A stretch of DNA of 64,000 bases from Escherichia coli (GTDB taxonomy: Bacteria > Pseudomonadota > Gammaproteobacteria > Enterobacterales > Enterobacteriaceae). The DNA lies in assembly GCF_003334355.1 (NCBI RefSeq), contig NZ_QOWP01000005.1; one strand, given 5' to 3'. Shown here piece after piece: positions 33,691 through 44,355 of this stretch. A program made the position numbers and the translations under genes. How positions within the stretch are numbered: the first letter of the stretch is position 1; every line of letters begins with the position of its first letter. The notes below the pieces were generated by a model that ran no database searches, was not told where the DNA came from, and was given only the letters and a program-made list of their open reading frames with translations.

Positions 33691-34725
33691 TTACTTGCTA
33701 AACGCAGCCTGGAAGACAGCTACCAGCGCGTCGTTCTGACTCTGAGTCAGAGTATGACCTTTCGGATCGATGAACTGTAGGCTGCTGCGGTTATCTAAAT
33801 CGCCAACCTGCAGTTTATAGTCACCGGATGCCAGGCCTGGATCGCTCGCGCCCAGTTCCTGCCAGTCGCTGTCAGACAGCGGCTTATAAGTTACGGCCAT
33901 GTTGCCCTGCGAACGGGTGCTGTCGGTCACTTTCATGCCCACTTTTTCCAGCGCCGCTGGCAGACGTTGCCAAACCACATTGAACGGCCCGCGTACGACC
34001 AGCATTGGTAAACCGGTGTCATCAGCTGCACTTTGTACGTCCATAGTGGTGGAGGCACGATTTTGCGCAGCGTTCGCGGCGTCAGTGGCAGATTTATCCA
34101 GACCGGCGGAAATAACGTTCATCATCTCCGTGCTGTAACGCTGCATGGAAGCCGCGTCTGCAACCGGTTTGCCCGCCTGTTCCAGGTTCAGCAGTTTAAC
34201 CGTAACCGCCTGCTGATAACCCTGCGGCTTAACAGAGATTTGATAACGACCACGATACTGCTCGTCTTCGTCCAGACGGTTCCATTGTACCCAATCGGTG
34301 GTCAGTGTCTGACCAGCATCATCACGTTGGGTGATGGTGTAGTTTTTCGCCTGCAGCACGCTAACCACCTGCGGCCACAGAGTATTGCCACGACCATTTT
34401 CCACCAGCAATGAAGCGGTATCGCCCGTGAACTGGGTACGCGCGCCAGAAACCAGTGCCAGCGGCTGGGCTGGTGGACGAATGTCCAGCGCCTTACCGAC
34501 AGCACCACTACCGTTGGTCACCGGGATTGCATAATCACCGGAGGTCACCGGCAAAATCATTCCAGCCGGGGCATGAAGCTCCGCAAGCGGTGCCGCTTCC
34601 AGGTAGGCTTCATCACCACTGACCTGACGCTTATAGCGTGAGTCAGAACTACAGGCAGCGAGTAATAAAACAAGCGAAACACCCGCAACCTTTGCCAGGC
34701 GCGACTTTTGAACAGAGTAAGCCAT
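33691..34725 (-). CDS. bamC: outer membrane protein assembly factor BamC (NlpB) lipoprotein
   Basis: ORF trimmed to [27 protein letters not shown] (lipobox LAAC), 344 aa. Confidence 0.93.
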
Positions 34726-34741
34726 CAAATCTCCCTAAACT

Positions 34742-35620
34742 TTACAGCAAACCGGCATGCTTAAGCGCCGCTCTGACCGTCTCACGACCACTGTCGGTGA
34801 TTGGTGTCATTGGCAGGCGCAGCGTATCGGTCGCCACAAGACCCAGTTCCTTACATGCCCATTTCACCGGGATTGGATTGGGTTCGACAAATAGTTTGTT
34901 GTGTAATGGCATCAGACGCTGATTAATAACGCGTGCCTCGGCAAAATGCCCTTCTGCTGCCAGTTTGCACATCTGGGCCATATCACGCGCTGCGACGTTA
35001 GCCGTAACGGAAATAACCCCATGACCGCCTAATTGCATGAAGTCCAGCGCGCTCGCATCATCGCCGCTCAGCAGAACAAAATCATCTGAAACCAGCTCTT
35101 TGATCTGGTTTACACGCGTTAAGTTCCCTGTTGCCTCTTTGATTCCGATAATATTTTTTACTTTCGCCAGACGGCCCACCGTTTCCGGGAGCAGATCGCA
35201 GCCAGTACGGGACGGCACATTATACAGAATTTGCGGCAGGTCAGTATGCTCAGCGATGGCTTTGAAATGCTGATACAAACCTTCTTGCGACGGACGATTG
35301 TAGTAAGGGGTTACCGTCAGGCAGCCGACGATACCACTGTCATTGAAGCGCTGCGTCAGGCTAATGGCTTCCGCAGTAGCGTTAGCGCCGGTCCCGGCAA
35401 TTACCGGAATGCGCCCATCAGCCAGATCCAGCGTCATCATCACCACATCAGCATGTTCGTCATGATTTAAGGTAGCGGACTCGCCAGTGGTGCCAACAGA
35501 AACGATCGCCGAAGTACCGCTGGCGACATGATAATCAATCAGTTTTTTCAAGCTAGCCCGACAGACATTACCTTTTTCATCCATCGGAGTAACAATCGCG
35601 ACAATACTTCCCGTGAACAT
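34742..35620 (-). CDS. dapA: 4-hydroxy-tetrahydrodipicolinate synthase DapA
   Basis: ORF track trimmed to [17 protein letters not shown] (292 aa). Confidence 0.95.
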
Positions 35621-35765
35621 GGGCCATCCTCTGTGCAAACAAGTGTCTCAATGGTACGTTTGGTATGGCATTAAAAGCAAGCAGACAGAACCGTTCTGAT
35701 TGTTGTATGCATGTTTTTTTTATGCTTTCCTTAAGAACAACTCACCCCTTAAAGGAATAACCAGT

Positions 35766-36338
35766 TTGACACTGTCATCGCAACATTATCTGGTGATCAC
35801 TGCGTTGGGTGCCGATCGCCCTGGAATTGTGAACACCATCACCCGTCATGTCAGTAGTTGCGGCTGTAATATTGAAGACAGTCGCCTGGCGATGCTGGGA
35901 GAAGAGTTCACGTTTATCATGCTGCTTTCCGGTTCATGGAATGCCATTACTCTGATTGAATCAACGTTACCGTTGAAAGGTGCAGAACTGGATCTTTTAA
36001 TCGTGATGAAGCGCACGACGGCGCGTCCGCGTCCGCCAATGCCAGCATCTGTCTGGGTTCAGGTCGATGTGGCAGACTCCCCGCATTTAATTGAACGCTT
36101 CACAGCACTTTTCGACGCGCATCATATGAACATTGCGGAGCTGGTGTCGCGCACGCAACCTGCTGAAAATGAACGGGCTGCGCAGTTGCATATTCAGATA
36201 ACCGCCCACAGCCCCGCATCTGCGGACGCAGCAAATATTGAGCAAGCGTTCAAAGCCCTATGTACAGAACTCAATGCACAAGGCAGTATTAACGTCGTCA
36301 ATTATTCCCAACATGATGAACAGGATGGAGTTAAGTAA
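35766..36338 (+). CDS. gcvR: glycine cleavage system transcriptional repressor GcvR
   Basis: ORF track 35700..36338; start placed at in-frame TTG giving MTLSSQHYLVITALGADRPG (190 aa); ACT-domain protein. Confidence 0.85.
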   Translation: MTLSSQHYLVITALGADRPGIVNTITRHVSSCGCNIEDSRLAMLGEEFTFIMLLSGSWNAITLIESTLPLKGAELDLLIVMKRTTARPRPPMPASVWVQVDVADSPHLIERFTALFDAHHMNIAELVSRTQPAENERAAQLHIQITAHSPASADAANIEQAFKALCTELNAQGSINVVNYSQHDEQDGVK

Positions 36339-36808
36339 TGAATCCACTGAAAGCCGGTGATATCGCACCGAAATTTAGCTTGCCGGATCAAGACGGAGAA
36401 CAAGTTAATTTGACCGACTTCCAGGGACAGCGTGTTCTGGTTTATTTCTACCCGAAAGCCATGACCCCCGGCTGTACCGTACAGGCCTGCGGCTTACGCG
36501 ATAACATGGATGAGTTGAAAAAAGCGGGCGTTGATGTGCTGGGTATCAGCACCGATAAACCCGAAAAACTCTCCCGTTTTGCGGAAAAAGAGCTGCTTAA
36601 CTTTACGCTCCTGTCTGATGAGGACCACCAGGTGTGCGAACAATTCGGCGTCTGGGGTGAAAAGTCCTTCATGGGCAAAACCTACGATGGTATTCATCGC
36701 ATCAGCTTCCTGATTGACGCTGATGGCAAAATCGAACATGTCTTTGACGATTTCAAAACCAGCAATCACCACGACGTTGTGCTGAACTGGCTGAAAGAAC
36801 ACGCCTGA
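36338..36808 (+). CDS. bcp: thiol peroxidase / bacterioferritin comigratory protein Bcp (peroxiredoxin)
   Basis: 156-aa ORF; start overlaps gcvR stop (TAATG); peroxiredoxin active-site PGCT. Confidence 0.95.
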   Translation: MNPLKAGDIAPKFSLPDQDGEQVNLTDFQGQRVLVYFYPKAMTPGCTVQACGLRDNMDELKKAGVDVLGISTDKPEKLSRFAEKELLNFTLLSDEDHQVCEQFGVWGEKSFMGKTYDGIHRISFLIDADGKIEHVFDDFKTSNHHDVVLNWLKEHA

Positions 36809-37003
36809 TTACTCTGCTCCATTCCGTGCTGGCTGCGCTTGCGGCCAGCATACCTCACTTCTCGTGATCAAGATCACATTCTCGCTTTCCCCTGCGACAC
36901 GGGTGTCGAATCCATTTTTTGCTGAACGTTAATGACCATCATTTTTGTACCGTTCAGAATCCAGTCAATACATAACTTATTGAATATATTGAGTTAATCA
37001 GAA

Positions 37004-37019
37004 TGGCATCCTTTATGCA
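37004..37019 (+). promoter_or_regulatory. sigma-54 promoter element (TGGCATCCTTTATGCA; GG-N10-GC) upstream of hyfA
   Basis: -24 GG and -12 GC with 10-nt spacing read directly, ~45 nt upstream of hyfA ATG; consistent with hyfR encoding a sigma-54 activator. Confidence 0.65.
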
Positions 37020-37060
37020 ATATGAAATGCAATGTTTCATATCATTTTCAAGGAGCCGAC

Positions 37061-37678
37061 ATGAACCGCTTTGTGGTGGCCGAACCACTGTGGTGTACAG
37101 GATGTAATACCTGTCTCGCTGCCTGTTCGGACGTGCATAAAACGCAAGGTTTACAGCAACACCCGCGCCTGGCCCTGGCGAAGACGTCAACAATCACTGC
37201 CCCTGTCGTGTGTCATCACTGTGAGGAAGCCCCTTGCCTGCAGGTCTGCCCGGTCAATGCCATCTCTCAGAGGGATGATGCGATCCAACTCAACGAAAGC
37301 CTCTGTATTGGCTGCAAGCTTTGCGCCGTGGTCTGCCCATTTGGCGCAATCAGCGCTTCAGGAAGCCGTCCGGTGAATGCCCATGCGCAATATGTTTTTC
37401 AGGCTGAAGGCTCACTCAAAAACGGCGAAGAAAACGTGCTGCCCCAACATGCGTTGCTGCGCTGGGAACCGGGTGTCCAGACCGTCGCGGTGAAATGCGA
37501 CCTGTGTGATTTCTTGCCAGAAGGTCCGGCCTGCGTTCGCGCTTGCCCGAATCAGGCGTTACGGCTGATCACCGACGATAGCCTGCAACGTCAGATGAAA
37601 GAAAAACAGCGCCTTGCCGCAAGCTGGTTTGCCAATGGCGGGGAGGATCCCCTTTCCCTCACTCAGGAGCAACGCTAA
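37061..37678 (+). CDS. hyfA: hydrogenase-4 ferredoxin-type subunit HyfA
   Basis: ORF track trimmed to MNRFVVAEPLWCTGCNTC (205 aa); multiple 4Fe-4S Cys motifs. Confidence 0.92.
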   Translation: MNRFVVAEPLWCTGCNTCLAACSDVHKTQGLQQHPRLALAKTSTITAPVVCHHCEEAPCLQVCPVNAISQRDDAIQLNESLCIGCKLCAVVCPFGAISASGSRPVNAHAQYVFQAEGSLKNGEENVLPQHALLRWEPGVQTVAVKCDLCDFLPEGPACVRACPNQALRLITDDSLQRQMKEKQRLAASWFANGGEDPLSLTQEQR

Positions 37679-39696
37679 TGGATGCCCTGCAATTATTAAC
37701 CTGGTCGCTGATCCTCTATCTGTTTGCCAGTCTGGCTTCGCTGTTTTTACTCGGTCTGGACAGACTGGCTATTAAGCTTTCCGGCATCACATCGCTGGTG
37801 GGCGGCGTGATTGGCATCATCAGCGGAATTACGCAATTACATGCTGGTGTAACTTTAGTCGCCCATTTTGCCACCCCTTTTGACTTTGCCGATTTAACCC
37901 TGCGAATGGATAGCCTCTCGGCATTTATGGTGCTGGTTATCTCCTTGCTGGTGGTGGTTTGTTCGCTCTATTCATTGACTTATATGCGCGAATACGAGGG
38001 CAAAGGCGCGGCGGCGATGGGCTTCTTTATGAATCTTTTCATCGCATCGATGGTTGCCCTGCTGGTGATGGACAACGCTTTTTGGTTCATCGTGCTGTTT
38101 GAAATGATGTCGCTGTCTTCCTGGTTTCTGGTCATTGCCAGGCAGGATAAAACGTCGATCAACGCTGGCATGCTCTACTTTTTTATCGCCCACGCCGGAT
38201 CGGTGCTGATAATGATCGCCTTCTTGCTGATGGGGCGCGAAAGCGGCAGCCTCGATTTTGCCAGTTTCCGCACGCTTTCACTTTCTCCGGGGCTGGCGTC
38301 GGCGGTGTTCCTGCTGGCCTTTTTCGGTTTTGGCGCGAAAGCCGGGATGATGCCGTTGCACAGCTGGTTGCCGCGCGCTCACCCTGCCGCACCATCGCAC
38401 GCTTCAGCGTTGATGTCTGGCGTAATGGTCAAAATCGGTATTTTCGGCATCCTGAAAGTGGCGATGGATCTGCTGGCGCAAACGGGTTTGCCGCTGTGGT
38501 GGGGCATTCTGGTGATGGCGATCGGCGCAATCTCCGCGCTCCTGGGCGTGCTGTATGCGCTGGCGGAACAGGATATCAAACGGCTACTGGCCTGGAGTAC
38601 CGTCGAAAACGTCGGCATTATTTTGCTGGCGGTCGGTGTGGCGATGGTCGGTCTGTCACTGCACGACCCGCTGCTCACCGTGGTTGGACTGCTCGGCGCA
38701 CTGTTTCATCTGCTCAACCATGCGCTGTTCAAAGGGCTGCTATTTCTCGGCGCGGGCGCGATTATTTCGCGTTTGCATACCCACGACATGGAAAAAATGG
38801 GGGCACTGGCGAAACGGATGCCGTGGACAGCCGCAGCATGCCTGATTGGTTGCCTGGCGATATCAGCCCTTCCTCCGCTGAATGGTTTTATCAGCGAATG
38901 GTACACCTGGCAGTCGCTGTTCTCACTAAGTCGTGTGGAAGCCGTAGCGCTACAACTTGCGGGTCCTATTGCTATGGTAATGCTGGCAGTCACTGGTGGG
39001 CTGGCAGTAATGTGCTTCGTAAAAATGTACGGTATTACTTTCTGTGGTGCGCCGCGCAGTACACACGCTGAAGAGGCACAGGAAGTGCCAAATACGATGA
39101 TCGTCGCCATGCTACTGCTCGCGGCACTCTGCGTATTAATTGCGCTTAGTGCCAGTTGGCTGGCACCGAAGATAATGCATATTGCCCATGCGTTTACCGA
39201 TACCCCTCCCGTCACTGTCGCCAGCGGAATAGCACTTGTACCCGGCACGTTTCATACACGGGTCACTCCTTCATTACTGTTGCTGTTACTACTGGCGATG
39301 CCTTTGCTGCCTGGCCTTTACTGGCTGTGGTGTCGTTCGCGCCGCGCAGCGTTTCGTCGCACAGGAGATGCCTGGGCATGCGGCTACAGCTGGGAAAATG
39401 CGATGGCCCCGTCAGGCAATGGCGTGATGCAGCCGCTGCGTGTGGTCTTTTCTGCGCTATTTCGTCTACGACAACAGCTCGACCCTACGCTGAGGCTAAA
39501 TAAAGGTCTTGCGCACGTCACCGCCAGGGCTCAGAGCACAGAACCCTTCTGGGATGAGCGGGTGATCCGCCCCATCGTGAGCGCCACCCAACGGCTGGCC
39601 AAAGAAATACAGCATCTGCAAAGCGGCGACTTTCGTCTCTATTGCCTGTATGTGGTCGCCGCACTGGTTGTGCTGCTAATCGCTATTGCCGTCTAA
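37678..39696 (+). CDS. hyfB: hydrogenase-4 membrane subunit HyfB (NuoL/Mrp antiporter-like)
   Basis: 672-aa polytopic ORF. Confidence 0.93.
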   Translation: MDALQLLTWSLILYLFASLASLFLLGLDRLAIKLSGITSLVGGVIGIISGITQLHAGVTLVAHFATPFDFADLTLRMDSLSAFMVLVISLLVVVCSLYSLTYMREYEGKGAAAMGFFMNLFIASMVALLVMDNAFWFIVLFEMMSLSSWFLVIARQDKTSINAGMLYFFIAHAGSVLIMIAFLLMGRESGSLDFASFRTLSLSPGLASAVFLLAFFGFGAKAGMMPLHSWLPRAHPAAPSHASALMSGVMVKIGIFGILKVAMDLLAQTGLPLWWGILVMAIGAISALLGVLYALAEQDIKRLLAWSTVENVGIILLAVGVAMVGLSLHDPLLTVVGLLGALFHLLNHALFKGLLFLGAGAIISRLHTHDMEKMGALAKRMPWTAAACLIGCLAISALPPLNGFISEWYTWQSLFSLSRVEAVALQLAGPIAMVMLAVTGGLAVMCFVKMYGITFCGAPRSTHAEEAQEVPNTMIVAMLLLAALCVLIALSASWLAPKIMHIAHAFTDTPPVTVASGIALVPGTFHTRVTPSLLLLLLLAMPLLPGLYWLWCRSRRAAFRRTGDAWACGYSWENAMAPSGNGVMQPLRVVFSALFRLRQQLDPTLRLNKGLAHVTARAQSTEPFWDERVIRPIVSATQRLAKEIQHLQSGDFRLYCLYVVAALVVLLIAIAV

Positions 39697-39706
39697 GGAA
39701 ATCACC

Positions 39707-40653
39707 ATGAGACAAACTCTTTGCGACGGATATCTGGTCATTTTTGCGTTAGCACAGGCCGTGATTCTGCTGATGCTAACCCCACTTTTTACGGGTATTT
39801 CCCGGCAGATACGCGCGCGTATGCACTCCCGCCGCGGGCCGGAGATCTGGCAGGATTATCGCGATATCCACAAACTGTTTAAACGCCAGGAAGTTGCGCC
39901 TATATCTTCAGGTCTGATGTTCCGCCTGATGCCGTGGGTATTAATCAGCAGCATGCTGGTGCTGGCGATGGCCCTACCACTATTTATTACCGTTTCCCTT
40001 TTGCGGGCGGCGGCGATCTGATCACCCTTATCTATCTTCTTGCCCTGTTTCGTTTTTTCTTTGCTCTTTCAGGGCTGGATACCGGAAGCCCGTTTGCGGG
40101 AGTCGGTGCCAGTCGCGAGTTGACGCTCGGCATTCTGGTCGAACCCATGCTCATTCTCTCACTGCTGGTATTGGCGCTGATAGCGGATTCCACGCATATC
40201 GAGATGATCAGCAATACGCTGGCGATGGGCTGGAACTCGCCGCTAACCACCGTACTGGCGTTACTGGCCTGTGGTTTTGCCTGCTTCATAGAGATGGGAA
40301 AAATTCCCTTTGATGTTGCTGAAGCAGAACAGGAATTACAGGAAGGCCCGCTGACCGAATATTCCGGTGCCGGGCTGGCGTTGGCGAAATGGGGACTGGG
40401 GCTGAAACAGGTCGTGATGGCAGCACTGTTTGTGGCCCTGTTTCTGCCCTTTGGGCGCGCGCAAGAACTTTCTCTCACCTGCCTGCTGACTTCACTTGTC
40501 GTTACGCTGCTCAAGGTTTTGCTGATTTTTGTACTGGCTTCAATCGCAGAAAACACGCTGGCACGCGGGCGTTTTTTACTCATTCACCATGTGACCTGGC
40601 TTGGCTTCAGCCTTGCTGCGCTTGCATGGGTCTTCTGGTTAACCGGTCTGTAA
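39707..40653 (+). pseudogene. hyfC: hydrogenase-4 membrane subunit HyfC (NuoH/HycD-like), disrupted by a -1 frameshift at ~39996-40002
   Basis: Two consecutive ORFs in different frames (39686..40021 and 39934..40653) together cover a HyfC-like protein; span is 947 nt, one short of the 948 expected for 315 aa; shift lies in a CCCTTTT tract. Confidence 0.8.
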
Positions 40654-40669
40654 GGAGCACTGACGGAAT

Positions 40670-42108
40670 ATGGAAAATCTTGCTCTGACGACGTTAATGC
40701 TGCCTTTTATCGGCGCACTGGTCGTTTCGTTTTCGCCACAACGTCGGGCCGCCGAATGGGGGTTTTGTTCGCCGCACTGACCACGCTGTGCATGTTGTCG
40801 CTGATCTCCGCGTTTTATCAGGCCGATAAAGTTGCCGTCACGTTGACGTTGGTCAACGTGGGGGATGTGGCATTGTTTGGCCTGGTCATTGATCGCGTGA
40901 GTACGCTGATTCTGTTTGTGGTGGTGTTTCTCGGTTTGCTGGTCACGATCTACTCCACGGGTTATCTGACGGATAAAAATCGCGAACACCCGCATAACGG
41001 CACGAATCGTTATTACGCATTTTTGCTGGTGTTTATCGGCGCGATGGCGGGACTGGTACTCTCCTCGACGCTGCTCGGTCAGTTGTTGTTTTTTGAAATT
41101 ACGGGCGGCTGCTCCTGGGCGTTGATCAGTTATTACCAGAGCGATAAAGCGCAGCGTTCAGCACTAAAAGCGTTACTTATCACTCATATCGGCTCGTTGG
41201 GGTTGTATCTTGCCGCCGCCACGCTGTTTTTGCAGACCGGAACGTTTGCGCTTAGCGCGATGAGCGAGTTACACGGCGACGCACGTTATCTGGTTTATGG
41301 CGGCATCCTGTTTGCCGCGTGGGGGAAATCGGCCCAGCTACCGATGCAAGCGTGGCTACCGGACGCAATGGAAGCGCCAACACCGATCAGCGCCTATCTC
41401 CACGCCGCATCGATGGTGAAAGTGGGCGTTTACATTTTTGCCCGCGCCATTATCGACGGCGGCAATATCCCGCATGTGATTGGCGGCGTTGGCATGGTCA
41501 TGGCCCTGGTCACCATTCTTTATGGATTTCTGATGTATTTACCACAGCAGGATATGAAGCGGTTGCTGGCCTGGTCGACCATCACTCAACTTGGCTGGAT
41601 GTTCTTCGGCTTGTCGCTCTCCATCTTCGGCTCGCGGCTGGCGCTGGAGGGTAGCATCGCCTACATCGTCAACCACGCGTTCGCTAAAAGCCTGTTTTTC
41701 CTTGTAGCAGGTGCGCTGAGTTACAGCTGCGGCACGCGCTTGTTGCCGCGTCTGCGTGGCGTATTGCACACCCTGCCGTTGCCTGGCGTGGGTTTCTGCG
41801 TGGCAGCGCTGGCAATTACCGGCGTGCCGCCGTTCAACGGCTTCTTCAGTAAATTCCCGCTGTTTGCTGCCGGTTTTGCGTTGTCAGTGGAGTACTGGAT
41901 CCTGCTGCCCGCCATGATTCTGCTGATGATTGAATCGGTCGCCAGTTTCGCCTGGTTTATTCGCTGGTTTGGTCGCGTCGTGCCTGGCAAACCGAGCGAG
42001 GCCGTCGCCGATGCCGCACCGCTGCCAGGGTCAATGCGCCTGGTGTTGATTGTACTGATTGTGATGTCGCTGATTTCCAGCGTAATCGCCGCGACCTGGT
42101 TGCAGTAA
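40670..42108 (+). pseudogene. hyfD: hydrogenase-4 membrane subunit HyfD (NuoL/M-like), disrupted by a -1 frameshift at ~40758-40762
   Basis: ATG at 40670 with RBS reads MENLALTTLMLPFIGALVVSFSPQRRAAEW then hits a stop; the remainder continues in another frame (track ORF 40756..42108); span is 1439 nt, one short of 1440 for 479 aa; shift lies in a G5 run. Confidence 0.8.
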
Positions 42109-42119
42109 GGAGATGATGA

Positions 42120-42770
42120 ATGACCGGTTCTATGATCGTAAATAATCTGGCGGGACTGATGATGCTGACATCACTGTTTGTGATTAGCGTCAAAAGCTAT
42201 CGCCTGTCATGCGGATTTTACGCCTGCCAGTCACTGGTGCTGGTGTCTATTTTCGCCACCCTCTCGTGCCTGTTCGCCGCAGAGCAACTGCTGATCTGGT
42301 CCGCCAGCGCCTTTATCACCAAAGTGCTGCTGGTACCGTTAATCATGACTTACGCTGCACGAAATATTCCCCAGAACATCCCGGAAAAAGCGTTATTCGG
42401 TCCGGCAATGATGGCACTGCTCGCGGCGTTAATTGTCCTGCTTTGCGCATTTGTCGTTCAGCCCGTGAAGCTACCGATGGCTACCGGGCTGAAACCGGCG
42501 CTGGCGGTAGCGTTAGGTCATTTTCTGCTTGGCCTGCTGTGCATTGTCAGCCAGCGCAATATCCTGCGGCAAATTTTTGGTTACTGCCTGATGGAAAACG
42601 GCTCCCATCTGGTGCTGGCGCTTCTTGCCTGGCGAGCACCGGAACTGGTGGAAATAGGTATCGCTACCGACGCCATCTTCGCCGTCATTGTGATGGTGTT
42701 ACTGGCAAGAAAAATATGGCGTACCCACGGCACGCTGGACGTGAACAACTTGACCGCGCTGAAGGGATAA
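42120..42770 (+). CDS. hyfE: hydrogenase-4 membrane subunit HyfE
   Basis: 216-aa hydrophobic ORF. Confidence 0.92.
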   Translation: MTGSMIVNNLAGLMMLTSLFVISVKSYRLSCGFYACQSLVLVSIFATLSCLFAAEQLLIWSASAFITKVLLVPLIMTYAARNIPQNIPEKALFGPAMMALLAALIVLLCAFVVQPVKLPMATGLKPALAVALGHFLLGLLCIVSQRNILRQIFGYCLMENGSHLVLALLAWRAPELVEIGIATDAIFAVIVMVLLARKIWRTHGTLDVNNLTALKG

Positions 42771-42774
42771 TGAG

Positions 42775-44355
42775 ATGAGTTATTCTGTGATGTTCGCTTT
42801 ACTCCTGCTCACGCCGCTGCTTTTTTCGCTGCTCTGTTTTGCCTGCCGGAAACGGAGACTTTCTGCGACTCGCACGGTGACCGTATTACATAGCTTAGGG
42901 ATCACACTGCTGCTGATTCTGGCACTCTGGGTGGTCCAAACTGCCGCTGATGCAGGAGAAATATTCGCTGCGGGACTGTGGCTTCATATTGATGGTCTGG
43001 GCGGTTTGTTCCTCGCCATTCTTGGTGTGATTGGCTTTCTCACCGGTATTTACTCGATTGGCTACATGCGTCATGAAGTGGCACACGGCGAGCTTTCACC
43101 CGTTACGCTGTGCGATTACTACGGTTTCTTCCATCTGTTTTTGTTCACCATGCTGCTGGTTGTTACCAGCAATAACCTGATTGTGATGTGGGCGGCGATC
43201 GAAGCCACCACCTTAAGCTCGGCGTTTCTGGTAGGCATTTACGGTCAGCGTTCATCGCTGGAAGCTGCATGGAAGTACATCATTATTTGTACTGTTGGTG
43301 TCGCTTTTGGTCTGTTCGGTACCGTGCTGGTATACGCCAACGCCGCCAGCGTTATGCCGCAGGCAGAAATGGCGATATTCTGGAGCGAGGTTCTTAAGCA
43401 ATCGTCCTTGCTTGACCCAACATTAATGCTGTTGGCCTTTGTGTTTTTGCTAATTGGCTTTGGTACCAAAACCGGGCTATTTCCCATGCACGCCTGGCTG
43501 CCGGATGCTCACAGTGAAGCGCCGAGTCCGGTCAGCGCCCTGCTCTCCGCCGTATTGCTGAACTGCGCGCTGTTGGTGCTGATTCGCTATTACATCATTA
43601 TTTGCCAAGCCATCGGCAGCGATTTCCCCAACCGGTTGTTGCTCATCTTCGGCATGTTGTCGGTTGCCGTGGCGGCATTTTTCATTCTGGTACAGCGGGA
43701 CATTAAGCGTCTGCTGGCGTACTCCAGCGTGGAGAACATGGGGCTGGTCGCGGTGGCGCTAGGCATTGGCGGGCCGCTGGGAATTTTTGCCGCGCTGCTG
43801 CACATCTTAAACCACAGTCTGGCAAAAACGCTGCTGTTCTGCGGTTCCGGCAATGTACTGCTCAAGTACGGCACGCGCGATCTCAACGTCGTCTGTGGGA
43901 TGCTCAAAATCATGCCATTTACCGCCGTGCTGTTTGGCGGCGGTGCGCTGGCGCTGGCAGGGATGCCGCCCTTCAACATTTTTCTTAGCGAATTTATGAC
44001 CATTACCGCCGGACTGGCACGTAATCACCTGCTGATTATCGTCCTGCTGTTATTGCTGTTAACGCTGGTGCTGGCGGGCCTGGTACGGATGGCAGCGCGG
44101 GTGTTAATGGCGAAACCGCCGCAGGCCGTTAACCGGGGTGATCTCGGCTGGTTGACCACCTCGCCAATGGTGATTCTGCTGGTCATGATGCTGGCGATGG
44201 GAACGCATATTCCACAACCTGTCATCAGGATCCTGGCGGGCGCTTCCACTATAGTCCTCTCAGGGACGCACGACCTGCCTGCACAACGTAGCACCTGGCA
44301 TGATTTTTTGCCTTCAGGCACCGCATCTGTTTCGGAGAAACACAGTGAACGTTAA
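42775..44355 (+). CDS. hyfF: hydrogenase-4 membrane subunit HyfF (NuoN/M-like)
   Basis: 526-aa polytopic ORF. Confidence 0.92.
   Translation: MSYSVMFALLLLTPLLFSLLCFACRKRRLSATRTVTVLHSLGITLLLILALWVVQTAADAGEIFAAGLWLHIDGLGGLFLAILGVIGFLTGIYSIGYMRHEVAHGELSPVTLCDYYGFFHLFLFTMLLVVTSNNLIVMWAAIEATTLSSAFLVGIYGQRSSLEAAWKYIIICTVGVAFGLFGTVLVYANAASVMPQAEMAIFWSEVLKQSSLLDPTLMLLAFVFLLIGFGTKTGLFPMHAWLPDAHSEAPSPVSALLSAVLLNCALLVLIRYYIIICQAIGSDFPNRLLLIFGMLSVAVAAFFILVQRDIKRLLAYSSVENMGLVAVALGIGGPLGIFAALLHILNHSLAKTLLFCGSGNVLLKYGTRDLNVVCGMLKIMPFTAVLFGGGALALAGMPPFNIFLSEFMTITAGLARNHLLIIVLLLLLLTLVLAGLVRMAARVLMAKPPQAVNRGDLGWLTTSPMVILLVMMLAMGTHIPQPVIRILAGASTIVLSGTHDLPAQRSTWHDFLPSGTASVSEKHSER

Noticed and set aside
36809-36860. 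Hairpin GCTGGC-N10-GCCAGC after bcp as an intrinsic terminator
   Set aside because: No T-run follows the stem, so I did not list it as a terminator. It may still form RNA structure.
44300-44344. Upstream ATG extension of hyfG ([11 protein letters not shown]...)
   Set aside because: It has no RBS and overlaps the hyfF C-terminus for 56 nt. The GTG at 44345 has a GGAG at the right spacing and begins the recognisable HyfG N-terminus.
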